The notes below the pieces were generated by a model. That model made no database searches, was not told where the DNA came from, and saw nothing but the letters and a program-made list of their open reading frames with translations. Positions 29,460 to 39,285 of a stretch of DNA of 64,000 nt are shown here, one piece after another; the first letter of the stretch is position 1; every line of letters begins with the position of its first letter. Source of the stretch: an uncultured Ruficoccus sp. (GTDB lineage: Bacteria > Verrucomicrobiota > Verrucomicrobiia > Opitutales > Cerasicoccaceae); the NCBI GenBank assembly GCA_965140785.1, contig OZ223496.1:96001-160000 (forward strand). The letters are read 5' to 3'. Position numbers and translations under genes: made by a program.

Positions 29460-30701
29460 TTGAAAAGAAAAGTTGTCATAAAAAAGGATTTGATAGCCGA
29501 GGAGGAGGCTCGACTGCTCAAACTTGTGCATGCCAACCCCGGTCTTTCGCGCCGGGAGATCGCCACTCGGATGCGTCTCTCCACCGCAGCAGCGGGCTAC
29601 TATGTGGACCGTCTGCTCAAAGACCGCTTTCTGCTGACCGGCGAGTCCGTCAAAAGTGGACGCGGTCGCCCCAAGGCGCCCCTGTACCTGAACGAGAAGA
29701 TCGGCTGCTTCCTGGGACTCGACATCAGCGGGACCTACATTCGGGCGGCTTGTCTGGACTTTGCCAGCAACCTGCTTTTCCAGCATATAGAAACGCTTCC
29801 CGACGACACCCCGAACGACGAGGTGTACCCCATCCTGGTCAAACTGATCCATACCCTCAGAAAAAAGCCGATGCCTGCCTTCATGGGGATCGGACTGGCG
29901 GTGCCGGTGATCAACAAGGCCGTGCCGCACTTCGCTCCGCTCAAGCTGCATGACGTGGGCCTGCTGCCCATCGCCAAGATTGCGCAGCAACTCTCCGACG
30001 CGCTCACGGTCCCCGTTACCCATGAGAGCTCGATCAACGCCCTCGGCTATGGGGAAATGCACTATGGAGCCGGCCTGCGCTGGAAAAACTGCGTCAGTAT
30101 CCTGGCCCGAACCGAGGTCAACGCATCCGTCACGATCGACGGGCGGTTGCAGGACCGGGGCCGACGCGGATCGAGCGGCATGATCGGCCAGTGGGGCTGC
30201 CCCAAGTATCTGCTGCCCAAGCAGACCGGCGCCCACCTCGACCTGGCGCAAGCCTCCTCCCAGATAGCCTTCCCCCAGGAAATCCCCGTCGAGCAGGTCG
30301 CCTCCATCTGGGGGCTGCGACTACAGATCAAGCTCGCCTTGGAGAGCGGTCGCAAGTCCCTCCTGCAAAGCTTCAGTAACCAATTGAGTCTGGAGTCCAT
30401 CCGGCGGGCGTACTGCGAGGGCGACCGCCTGGTCACCCAGCATGTAACCGCCGCCGCGGTTTCCCTGGCCTGGGCCATCAGCCAGCTCGTCCAGCTCTTC
30501 GACCCCGAGCGGGTCATTCTCTCCGGCCCCATCACGATCTTCGGCCAAGCCTTCCTTGACTGCGTGCGGGAGCAGACCGCCAGCCGCTTGAAAGGCACCC
30601 CCTGGGACCCGGCTCAGGTGGAGTATTCCGAAATGGGGGAGTACTCCGTCGCCATCGGTGCGGCGGCGAGCGCCCTGGACAAGTGGCAGCCCGCCCGGTA
30701 G
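29460..30701 (+). CDS. ROK-family transcriptional regulator
   Basis: Winged HTH (LSRREIA), GRGRPK linker, LGLDI, GIGLAVP, FDPERVILSG, AIGAA. Confidence 0.88.
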   Translation: MKRKVVIKKDLIAEEEARLLKLVHANPGLSRREIATRMRLSTAAAGYYVDRLLKDRFLLTGESVKSGRGRPKAPLYLNEKIGCFLGLDISGTYIRAACLDFASNLLFQHIETLPDDTPNDEVYPILVKLIHTLRKKPMPAFMGIGLAVPVINKAVPHFAPLKLHDVGLLPIAKIAQQLSDALTVPVTHESSINALGYGEMHYGAGLRWKNCVSILARTEVNASVTIDGRLQDRGRRGSSGMIGQWGCPKYLLPKQTGAHLDLAQASSQIAFPQEIPVEQVASIWGLRLQIKLALESGRKSLLQSFSNQLSLESIRRAYCEGDRLVTQHVTAAAVSLAWAISQLVQLFDPERVILSGPITIFGQAFLDCVREQTASRLKGTPWDPAQVEYSEMGEYSVAIGAAASALDKWQPAR

Positions 30702-30713
30702 GAAGCGACGCGC

Positions 30714-31439
30714 TTAGCCGGCCCTCACGATAAAGTAGATCCCACTGCAGGCCAGAAAGCCGATGACAAGCCGGCGGAGAAACCGGTCAGAAAGCCGGTG
30801 CCCCACCTGTAATCCGCTCCACGCCCCCACAACCACCGCCGCCATGCCTGCCAGGCCATAGGCGAAAAAATCCCCCCGGTAGCTGCCGTTGGCCAGAAAC
30901 TGCACGGTACGCAGGCCATTGCCGAGGCCGAGCAGAAGTTGGGTCGAGGCGATGAAGGCCAGGCGACTCAAGGGCCGGTTGAGGAGAAAGCTCACAAAAG
31001 GCGGCCCGCCCGTGCCAAAGGCGCCTGTTAACAAGCCTCCAAGAATTCCGCAGGGCACCCCCGCATAGACCGGATGCCAATATATCCCCTCCCCCGCCTC
31101 TGGCCGGGCGAGGAAGCGCTGAAAGGCGGCATAGATCATCAGCACGCCCAGAATCCCGCTCAGGACCGATTCATTAACCCCCAATAACAACCAACCGCCC
31201 AAGGGAACGGCCACCACGCAGGCTACCGCCATAGGGACCAGTCCCCGCCAGGAGAAGTGCCGGCGCAGCCGCCCAAACAGATAGGCGTTCAACACCAGAC
31301 CCGCCGGGGCCAGCAGGATCGACGCCTCCTTGACGTCCATGCTCCACCCGAGCAGAGCCAGCGCCACGAGCCCGAAGCCGAAGCCAGTCACTGACTGCGT
31401 CAGCGCGGCCAGGAAGAGACACACCGCAAAGAGGCTCAT
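30714..31439 (-). CDS. TauE/SafE-family membrane protein
   Basis: QSVTGFGFGLVA, GLLTGAFGTGGPP; multiple TM segments. Confidence 0.85.
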   Translation of the reverse strand: MSLFAVCLFLAALTQSVTGFGFGLVALALLGWSMDVKEASILLAPAGLVLNAYLFGRLRRHFSWRGLVPMAVACVVAVPLGGWLLLGVNESVLSGILGVLMIYAAFQRFLARPEAGEGIYWHPVYAGVPCGILGGLLTGAFGTGGPPFVSFLLNRPLSRLAFIASTQLLLGLGNGLRTVQFLANGSYRGDFFAYGLAGMAAVVVGAWSGLQVGHRLSDRFLRRLVIGFLACSGIYFIVRAG

Positions 31440-31488
31440 CGCCAGGGGCTCACAAACAGTCGGCACGGGGAACTCCTGCGTAAGCCCC

Positions 31489-32253
31489 CTACCAGGGCAA
31501 ATGCGTGTAGTCGTCCGTTTCGTTGCCAATCCCGACGGGCAGCAACTCCACATGTCCATCGACAAAGAGATAATTCGCGAGGGGAGCTCCGTTTTCGGCC
31601 AGGCCGTGCCAATTTATCCCGCGCTCTTCGTCATTGCGGTAGTTGCGAATCGTGAAATCTCCCGCCAGCACTGTCCGGGTCGGATAGCGGATCTGGTCCA
31701 TCGGCTTTCCGAGCAGGGTGGTAAAGTCCGGATTGGGGCTGCGCGAGTTCCACACATACGAAGTCCCGGCATAATCAAACATGGATGCCTCATCCCCCGT
31801 CCATTCAGAGGCCCCCTCGTCTGCCGGACAGTGGAATACGTCGAAGGCCGAATCGGGCATCTCGTCGCCCTCCTTCATCGTCAGTACGTACTCGTTGATC
31901 GGTCGGCCAGTCGGCAGCAGTATATCGTAGGGAGACGCCGCACCGGCCTTTCCGCCGAAGGCAAAGGTACTGTTCGAGGCCGGGGTCGAGCTGGTCTTGG
32001 CGGGCAAGGTGTTACTGTGTTCCGCCGCAAACAGGCTGAAGCCCACCCCGATCTGACGGAGATTGGAGGCGCACTTGGTCGCCTGGGAAGTCGCAATCAC
32101 CCGGCGAACGGCTGGAAACAGCAGCACCCCCAACACCGCCAGAATCCCGATGACGACAATGATCTCGATCAGCGTGAAGCCCGCCCGCCGCCGACCGGAC
32201 CCCGGCCAGCCCGCCTGAGCGGGAGCCGACCCTATGTGCGCGCGGGGTTTCAT
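31489..32253 (-). CDS. Prepilin-type N-terminal cleavage/methylation protein with C-terminal H-X9-DG-type motif
   Basis: G|FTLIEIIVVIGIL, CASNLRQIG, FHCPAD, WH...ANYLFVDGHVE. Confidence 0.9.
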   Translation of the reverse strand: MKPRAHIGSAPAQAGWPGSGRRRAGFTLIEIIVVIGILAVLGVLLFPAVRRVIATSQATKCASNLRQIGVGFSLFAAEHSNTLPAKTSSTPASNSTFAFGGKAGAASPYDILLPTGRPINEYVLTMKEGDEMPDSAFDVFHCPADEGASEWTGDEASMFDYAGTSYVWNSRSPNPDFTTLLGKPMDQIRYPTRTVLAGDFTIRNYRNDEERGINWHGLAENGAPLANYLFVDGHVELLPVGIGNETDDYTHLPW

Positions 32254-33812
32254 GATCTCGTATTGGCAAGATCGGAAGCGGCGATGGCAACCTCAGAAGC
32301 TTCGCGCAGGTTGGCTATCGCCAGGTCGCGCTTCTCGCGGCGCTGGGCAGCGCGGGCGCGATAGTCACGGATCCATTCCTTGCGGATCTCCAACAGACGC
32401 CGTGTCTCCGCCGGGGCGATGCCCCCGGTTTGATCGTGAGTCTTTAAAAATTCGCGCGGGTCGAGCAGCTTGCGGAGCGTTTCGGTCTCGATGCGCGGAG
32501 GGGTTTCCTCGACGGATTCGGCGGCGGCATCAAGCATCTCGCCCGTGCATTCCGGAGCTTTGAGCCCCAGATCCTGGACCTGCCGGACAAAGTGCGCTGT
32601 GATGCGGTGGGCGCGGCGACCGCCGTAGCCCAGGTGCTTGATCATATGCACGACCACCTCAGTGGCGCAGGAGTAGCCATTGCACACGGTCTGGAGCATA
32701 TGCTCCTTCTGGGGGACAAGGTTGTTGACCGCGGCGGTAAAGAACCGCACTGCCACGGACGCGTTGTTGAGTGCGGTGGGCGGGATGGACTGGCCCATCT
32801 CCATAATCGGCAGGACATCGCCGTAAAACTCGTTCTTGCTGTAGAGCAGGCCGCGAATCATCTGGTTGATGGTATCGGTCGCCATCATGCGCGGGACCTC
32901 CGTGATCGCGCCGGGATGCGACTTTTGCGGCATATAGGAACTGACGCCCGCCCACTCGCGGCGGACTTTGAGCATGCCGACCTCTTCCAATGCCCAAGCC
33001 TGCATGGTGGTCGTCACCCGGGAGATGAGAATGCCCAGGTTATTGAGCGCGTACATCAAGGTCATGGAGTGGTCCTGGCTGGCTTCGCCCGCGTAGGTCG
33101 GCTCCAGCAGCGTATCCAGGCCGAGCAATTCGGTCAACCGCTGGCGGTCCACCGGCCAGGAGATGCCCGAGGTGGCCCCGCAGCCGCCGGTGTTACTGTT
33201 CACGTCCACGTAGGCGTGTTCGAGCAGCGTGATCGCACGGCAGGCTTCGTCGAACACACTCAGGTAAAAGCTCGCCAGAGTGATCGGGTTGGCCTGCGAC
33301 CAGTGGGTGTGCCCCGGCATGAGCGTCTCGGCGTTCTCCCCGATCCGGGTGGCCAGCGACTCCAGGAGCCTGACCAAACCGTCCTCCAGATCGATGATGC
33401 GGTCGCGCATGTTCAGGCGCGACATCGGCTCCTGCAGTGTGCGCCCCAAATTGATCATACTGCCCGTGTCCTCGTCGTAGTCGAGCTGTTCCATGATGGC
33501 CAGTTCACCGCCCCAGCCGGCATTACCGTTATCGAGCAGAGACTGGAGGGCTTTTAAAACTTTCGCCCCCTTTTCTGCCGGGATAATATCCGCCTCAAGC
33601 AGACACAGCAGCCAAGCCGTGTCCACCAGTGTACAGTAATGCCCGCGATCGAAGACATCCGTGTATATCTTGCGGCGCTGCGCTTCGATGTGCGGCCATT
33701 CCTCCGCACGCTCCACGCCCGGGCAGGCGCGCCAATGACCATAATCATAAGGGTTGGGATAGGGGCTGCTCGTAGCCGCTTTATCCGGAGACAGGGTGCT
33801 TTTCTCTTGCAT
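32250..33812 (-). CDS. Argininosuccinate-lyase-like enzyme (aspartase/fumarase superfamily), divergent
   Basis: MPGHTHWSQANP and signature-like GVSSYMPQKSHP; PVDRQRLTELLG. Confidence 0.8.
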   Translation of the reverse strand: MQEKSTLSPDKAATSSPYPNPYDYGHWRACPGVERAEEWPHIEAQRRKIYTDVFDRGHYCTLVDTAWLLCLLEADIIPAEKGAKVLKALQSLLDNGNAGWGGELAIMEQLDYDEDTGSMINLGRTLQEPMSRLNMRDRIIDLEDGLVRLLESLATRIGENAETLMPGHTHWSQANPITLASFYLSVFDEACRAITLLEHAYVDVNSNTGGCGATSGISWPVDRQRLTELLGLDTLLEPTYAGEASQDHSMTLMYALNNLGILISRVTTTMQAWALEEVGMLKVRREWAGVSSYMPQKSHPGAITEVPRMMATDTINQMIRGLLYSKNEFYGDVLPIMEMGQSIPPTALNNASVAVRFFTAAVNNLVPQKEHMLQTVCNGYSCATEVVVHMIKHLGYGGRRAHRITAHFVRQVQDLGLKAPECTGEMLDAAAESVEETPPRIETETLRKLLDPREFLKTHDQTGGIAPAETRRLLEIRKEWIRDYRARAAQRREKRDLAIANLREASEVAIAASDLANTRS

Positions 33813-33833
33813 TTAATTAACTAGTAAATTTAT
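33812..33833. promoter_or_regulatory. Putative ROK operator (copy 3)
   Basis: TTTAATTAACTAGTAAATTTAT in the 42-bp gap between the divergent lyase and MmgE genes; TTGACA (minus) at 33843-33848. Confidence 0.6.
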
Positions 33834-33854
33834 TATCTTCCTTGTCAAGACCCG

Positions 33855-35300
33855 ATGAAAACAAAATCCATCAGCACCGAAATGGCCGAAACCCTGCTGG
33901 CCCTGCCCACCACCGAGTTCAGCCCGGCGGCACGCCAAGCGGCCCTAGTCATGATCCTCGATACCCTCGGGTGCGCCTGCGGCGGGATGAACGCACCTGG
34001 CGTTGCCCAACTGACGGATCAACTCAAGCGCTGGGGCGGACAAGGGCAAGCCAGCCTCCTGTACGACGGCACGCGCCTGCCCTCCGCCCACGCCGCTCTG
34101 GCCAACAGCGTGGCCATTCATGCGCTGGACCTGGACGACATTTACATGCCGGGCATCCTGCACCTGAGCTCGGTCCTCGTGCCCGCGGTCCTCGCCAGCG
34201 CCGAAGAGACCGGAGCCTCCGGCACGGAGACGCTGGCAGCCTTGATCACCGGCACCGAAGCAGCTGCCCGGGTGGGGATCGCCTTCCTCGCATTCCGGCG
34301 GGGCGAGGGCTTTCTGCCGACCACCCTCGCAGCCGGATTCGGGGCGGTGGTGGCGGCCTCGCGCCTCAAGGGGTTATCTCCCGAAACCTGTGCCCATGCC
34401 ATGGGCCTGCACTACGCGCAACTGGGCGGCAACCGTCAGGCGCTGTTCGAAGCGGCCCTGGCCAAACGCATGCAGCCCGGCTTCTGCGTGCGCTCGGCCC
34501 TGCACTCGGTGGAGATGGCCGAGTGCGGATTGACCGGCCCCGCTGCCGTCTTCGAAGGGGCGGCGGGCCTCTTCGCCATCTATGGGACCGGTGGCCAGGC
34601 GCCACGGGAAGCCTTGCTCCCCCAGGGGGAAACATTCGAGATCGAGCGCGTCGCCTATAAGCGCTACCCGAGTTGCGGGGCTTGCCACAACGTCCAGATC
34701 GCGGCGGAACGGCTGCACGATGCGCACACGCCCCAGCCCGGCGACATCGCCGCCGTCCACCTGTTCGGGTGCGGGCCCGGCGGAATCGTCGGCCATCCTT
34801 TTAAGCTGGGCGACCAGCCTCAGGTCAGCGTGCAGTTCAGCGCCGCCTGGGCGGTCGCATACGCGCTTCTGCGCGGACACGCCACGCTTGATGCCTACAC
34901 CAACGAACGCATTCTTCAGGACACGGAGGTTCTCGAACTGGCCCGGCGGATCGACTACGTGGAAAGACCTGACGACCTGCCACCCAAGCCCGAGCGCCCC
35001 GCGGGCTATTACCCGAACTCCAACCGCTACGACGGCGTTATCGTGAAACTGAAAAACGGCCAAACGGTCCGGGATATCCAGTCCCCCTGCCACACCTTCA
35101 CCCCCGGCGGCTTTGGTCTGGATGCGATGCGGACGAAATTCAAGGACTGCCTGAGCTTTGGACGCGGCATAGAAGCCGGCTCCGCCGACCAGGCAGCCGA
35201 CACCATCCTGAACCTGGAAGAGGCCCCGGACTTCCGCGATTTTCTCCGCTCGTTTCTGCAACTCACGACTTCACCCCGTAACCGTCACGCCTCCGTATGA
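33855..35300 (+). CDS. MmgE/PrpD-family protein
   Basis: ILDTLGC, AALANSVAIHALDLDD, KRYPSC, QFSAAWAVA. Confidence 0.88.
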   Translation: MKTKSISTEMAETLLALPTTEFSPAARQAALVMILDTLGCACGGMNAPGVAQLTDQLKRWGGQGQASLLYDGTRLPSAHAALANSVAIHALDLDDIYMPGILHLSSVLVPAVLASAEETGASGTETLAALITGTEAAARVGIAFLAFRRGEGFLPTTLAAGFGAVVAASRLKGLSPETCAHAMGLHYAQLGGNRQALFEAALAKRMQPGFCVRSALHSVEMAECGLTGPAAVFEGAAGLFAIYGTGGQAPREALLPQGETFEIERVAYKRYPSCGACHNVQIAAERLHDAHTPQPGDIAAVHLFGCGPGGIVGHPFKLGDQPQVSVQFSAAWAVAYALLRGHATLDAYTNERILQDTEVLELARRIDYVERPDDLPPKPERPAGYYPNSNRYDGVIVKLKNGQTVRDIQSPCHTFTPGGFGLDAMRTKFKDCLSFGRGIEAGSADQAADTILNLEEAPDFRDFLRSFLQLTTSPRNRHASV

Positions 35301-36251
35301 GAAACCCGGCCACTCCATCAATCGCCCGCCGACTTTTCACCGCCCTTGCTGTCCTTCTCGGCATGATCTCCCTTTCTTCCTCCCTGGCCACCGCGGCCAA
35401 ACCCCGACCGGACTACCTCAACGTCTCCTATGGAGAGTGTGACCGGCAAGCGCTGGACATTTATCTGCCCGACGGCGGCAAGGGGCCCTACCCCGTGGCT
35501 ATTTATCTGCACGGCGGGGGCTGGGCTCACGGGGACAAGTCCTACAAAGTGAAGGCCGAGGAGCTGCAACGCTTTCTGGACGCCGGGGTGCGCCTTTGTC
35601 GCGGTCAATTACCGGCTGCTCAAACACGCCCGCGCGGACGGTGTCACGCCTCTGGTGCTGGCCCCGCTTCAGGACGCCCGCCGGGCACTCCAGTATGTCC
35701 GCCTGCACGCGGTGGAGTGGAATCTGGACCCGGACCGGATCGTCATTTACGGCGGCTCCGCCGGGGCCTTCAGCGCACTGTGGGTGGCCCTCTCGCCGGA
35801 GATGTCTGAACCGGATGCCGACGACCCGCTGGCGGCTGTCTCGACGCGCGTGCTGGCAGTCGGTGGCTCCAATGCCCAGACCTCGCTCGATCCCCGGGTT
35901 ATGCGCGAATGGGTCGGCCCGCAGCTCAAGTATGGGGGCCACGCTTTTGACATGCCCACGTTCCGGGACTTTCTCAAGCGCCGGGAGGAGTTCGCCGAGT
36001 GGTACCCGAAGCTCTCCCCGGCCTCACTGGTAAACGCGTCCTCGCCTCCCATATACTTACAATATACCCGGGGCTTGGAGGTCCCCGAAGACGATCCGGA
36101 GTACTACCCGCACTCTCCCCAGTTCGGCATCCACTTCGCCGAAGTGGCCCGGGAGCGGGGAGCGGTCTGCCATCTCTCCTATCAAGGCCATCCCGCGGAA
36201 ACCTATCCGGGTGACATGCTCGATTTCCTCATTGCTACGCTTAAGGAATAA
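35297..36251 (+). CDS. Secreted alpha/beta-hydrolase esterase, split by one frameshift
   Basis: LDIYLP..HGGGW in ORF 35297; GGSAG in ORF 35655; removing one G from the run 35585-35588 restores DAGCAFVAVNYR. Confidence 0.75.
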
Positions 36252-36392
36252 CGCCTCTGCCGTGTTCCAAGAGCGCGCTGGGCGTGTACGGGCTAATCGC
36301 GTGGGGGCGGTGACGCTTAGGAAGGCTATTTTCGGGCCATCCTGGTCGGGGTGAGTTTCCCCCGGCAGTCCAAGCCCTCGAAGAAAACAACA

Positions 36393-36415
36393 AAAATGAG
36401 CCTGAGTCTCATTTT
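36393..36415. promoter_or_regulatory. Fur-box-like palindrome
   Basis: AAAATGAGCCT-G-AGTCTCATTTT (10/11 arm match) next to TTGACG, upstream of the flavodoxin and HemS-like genes. Confidence 0.5.
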
Positions 36416-36558
36416 CGAATTGACGCAATTGCCTGAACTCGCTTTTTTCGCGACATCATCACCGGCGGAAAGCTTGATTTTGGAAACATCCCAATCGATG
36501 TCCTCTCCGGTGGCATCGCCTCCCGACCATCCTCTCACCGACTCAAGCCAAGACATTC

Positions 36559-37023
36559 ATGGACCCACTCGATTCAACGCTGCACATCATTTTCGGCACC
36601 ATGACGGGAAACGCCGAGGACCTCGCCGAACGGCTGGCCGGGCGCTGCCAGAACGAAGGCATCGGCCACTCGATCTGCTCGGCCGAAGACTGGCCGCTGG
36701 AACGTTTTGCCCAAGTCCGGCGCGCTGTCCTGATCTTCTCGACTTGGGGAGACGGCGAGCCGCCAGACGACGTCATTGACTTCTGTGAAGCCATCTACGA
36801 CCAGCAAGCCGGGGTTTCCCACCTCTCCTACATGGTGGTCGGTCTGGGCGACACCTCCTACGACGATTTTTGCGGCTGCGCACGCCGCCTGGACGAAGCG
36901 CTCGCTGCCGCCGGTGCGCAGCGCATGGGCGATCGGCTGGAGCTCGATATCGACTTCGACAAGGACTTCGACGCCTGGACGGAGCGCTTCATCGCGGCCG
37001 AACTCCAACTCCAGCGGGCCTGA
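36559..37023 (+). CDS. Flavodoxin
   Basis: GTMTGNAE, STWGDGEPP, GLGDTSYDDFCG. Confidence 0.92.
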   Translation: MDPLDSTLHIIFGTMTGNAEDLAERLAGRCQNEGIGHSICSAEDWPLERFAQVRRAVLIFSTWGDGEPPDDVIDFCEAIYDQQAGVSHLSYMVVGLGDTSYDDFCGCARRLDEALAAAGAQRMGDRLELDIDFDKDFDAWTERFIAAELQLQRA

Positions 37024-37037
37024 GCCTGCCAGGGTAT

Positions 37038-38009
37038 ATGGAAGAGCGAGACGACAACCTCCCTCACAACCGCTGCTGCCCTCGACCCAGCCGCAATCGG
37101 GCGCGGGCCAAGTGCTCCTGCGGTTGCCAACCCGAAGCGGTGTATGTTGGCTGAACTCCAGCGCGACTATGCCAGCATCCTGCCGCTGTTGAGCAGTCTG
37201 GGCGAGATGATCTGGCTTCGCCCGCAATCGGCACTGTATCCTCGGGCAGCGTGCTGGCCATGCCGGACTTGTGGGGCGAGGGTGACTACTTCAGCGGGTC
37301 CACCCCCTGCGCGGATTTTCACTTGGACACGACCCAGTGGCGGCACGCCTACACCGTGCATGAGCACCACAAGCAGCGTGGCACCTTTATGGGGCTGGAG
37401 TTTTTCGACAGCCAGCACCGGGCGCTTTTCCGAACCTTTCTCACCCCGGACATCCGAGCAGCAGGAGCTGCAAAGCCTGGTCCACAACCATCACCGCCGC
37501 GGCGTGCCGCTGATGGAGATCAGCAACTGGCACCGCATGGGGCAACTGACCCCGCCCGCCGCGGCCACCCACGCCCCGCTGTTGGATGCTTTCGCCCGCA
37601 CCGACCTGCCCAGCACACCTTTCGATGGCCGCCGCCTGGCACTGGCTAATGAAGCGGGATTCGCCGGGAACCTACCCCTGGCCCACGCCGTCCTGAGCGA
37701 CGCGCAGGAGGAGAACCAGGAGCTCGGTGTGACCGTCTCGGGCGGATTCGGGCGGATGAGCCTGGCCTTCACCCCGCAGGTGGCTGAACGTATTTCGCCG
37801 GAGTGGATGTATGCGGGCGAGCCCGGCTCCGCCCTGCGGCTGGACCTGAGCGCCGTCGGCACCTACTGGATCGGCAGCTATAACGAGGGCGGACGCCGCT
37901 TCAGCTATCTGGAGGCGGTCGATGTGTCTTCGGCGACCTCATCGTGCGCCTCACCTCGGCCAATGCCGAGAGCTACCGCTACTGGCAATCCCTGGCCACC
38001 GGGATGTAG
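37038..38009 (+). pseudogene. HemS/ChuX-like heme utilisation protein, multiply frameshifted (probably sequencing errors)
   Basis: Joined frames give DFHLDTTQWRHAY...LEFFDSQHRALFRTF and a second repeat LRLDLSAVGTYW...LEAVDVFGDLIVRL...YWQSL; at least 4 shifts. Confidence 0.5.
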
Positions 38010-38140
38010 AGGTCGCAACTCGATGGAGTCACATCATCTCAAGCGGAAATGATAAGATCAGAAAGATCTTGGGAACGGTATATTTTTAACAGGAAGAGCG
38101 GGAGTAGAAGCTCTAGACCGTTCTTTCCGGCCTTCCTGTT

Positions 38141-38288
38141 ATACCGTTTTCAAGTCGTATCGATAAAGAGATGGCCCGCGAAGTCACGCGAAGGAACACG
38201 AAGTGAATCACTGCCTCATCGACTTTGCGTACCTTCGCGTGGCTTCGCGGGAAACAGGTATTTTATCATTACTGGATGAAATCGGTAT
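38141..38288. repeat. MITE-like palindromic element
   Basis: Imperfect 27-bp inverted ends ATACCGTTTTCA..GATAAA / TTTATC..TGAAATCGGTAT enclosing a CCCGCGAAGTCACGCGAAGG...CCTTCGCGTGGCTTCGCGGG stem. Confidence 0.6.
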
Positions 38289-38319
38289 TATTTAGCCGCA
38301 GCTACAACTTAATGAGCGT

Positions 38320-39270
38320 CTAAAAGCCCTTGATGTCGAACAGGCTGGTCACGCTCTCGTTGCTGTGGATGTGCATGATGGCCTTGCCGAGAATCTCGTT
38401 CACGCTGAGCACAGTAATGGGGAGGCCGCGCGTTTCCACCGGGGTGGTATTGGTCGTGATGAGCTCGTCCAGCGGGCCGTTGCGCAAGCGGTCGTAGCCG
38501 ATGTCGTTGAGCACGCCGTGGCTGACGGCGGCACGCACCGAGCGGGCGCCGTTGAGCTTGAGCAGGTTGGCCGCGGCGGTCAGGGTGCCGGCGGTCTCGG
38601 TCATGTCGTCGACCAGGAGGATGTCCTTATCCGCGACGTCGCCCACGAGATTGAAAGCCTCGACCTCGGTCGCGCTGGTGCGCTTCTTGGCCACGAAGCC
38701 CAGCGGGCAGCGGAGGATGTCGGCGTAGGCGGCAGCCATCTTCATCCCGCCCACATCGGGCGAGTAAACGACGAGGTCGCTCTCCAGCTTGAGCTGGGTC
38801 AGGTAGTCCGAGAAGACCGGCGAGGCGTAAAGATGATCGACCGGGATGTCGAAAAAGCCCTGAATCTGCTGGGCGTGCAGGTCCATGGTGAGCACGCGGT
38901 TGGCGCCGGAGGCCACGAGCAGGTTGGCCACGAGCTTGGCCGTGATGGGCACGCGGGGCTGGTCCTTGCGGTCCTGGCGAGCGTAACCGTAAAAGGGGAG
39001 CACGGCGGTGATGCGGCTGGCCGAGGCGCGGCGGGCGGCATCGATCATGATCAGCAGCTCCATGATGTGGTCATTCGCCGGCGGGCAGGTGGGCTGGATG
39101 ATGAAGACATCCTGGCCGCGGACATTCTCGTCGATACGCACGAAGGTCTCCCCGTCCGGGAAGCGCTTGACGGTCGCGCGCCCCAGAGGAACGTTCATGA
39201 ACTCACAAATCTCAAGTGCCAGTTCGGGGTTCGCGTTACCGGTGAAGACTTTTAATCCCTGCTCTCTCAT
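38320..39270 (-). CDS. prs: Ribose-phosphate pyrophosphokinase
   Basis: FPDGET, YGYARQDRK, DLHAQQIQGFF, SPDVGG, VDDMTETAGT. Confidence 0.97.
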   Translation of the reverse strand: MREQGLKVFTGNANPELALEICEFMNVPLGRATVKRFPDGETFVRIDENVRGQDVFIIQPTCPPANDHIMELLIMIDAARRASASRITAVLPFYGYARQDRKDQPRVPITAKLVANLLVASGANRVLTMDLHAQQIQGFFDIPVDHLYASPVFSDYLTQLKLESDLVVYSPDVGGMKMAAAYADILRCPLGFVAKKRTSATEVEAFNLVGDVADKDILLVDDMTETAGTLTAAANLLKLNGARSVRAAVSHGVLNDIGYDRLRNGPLDELITTNTTPVETRGLPITVLSVNEILGKAIMHIHSNESVTSLFDIKGF

Positions 39271-39285
39271 AGACTCCCTTAAAAT

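Noticed and set aside
32250..33812. Calling the lyase argH
   Set aside because: Divergent signature and a catabolic context; symbol withheld
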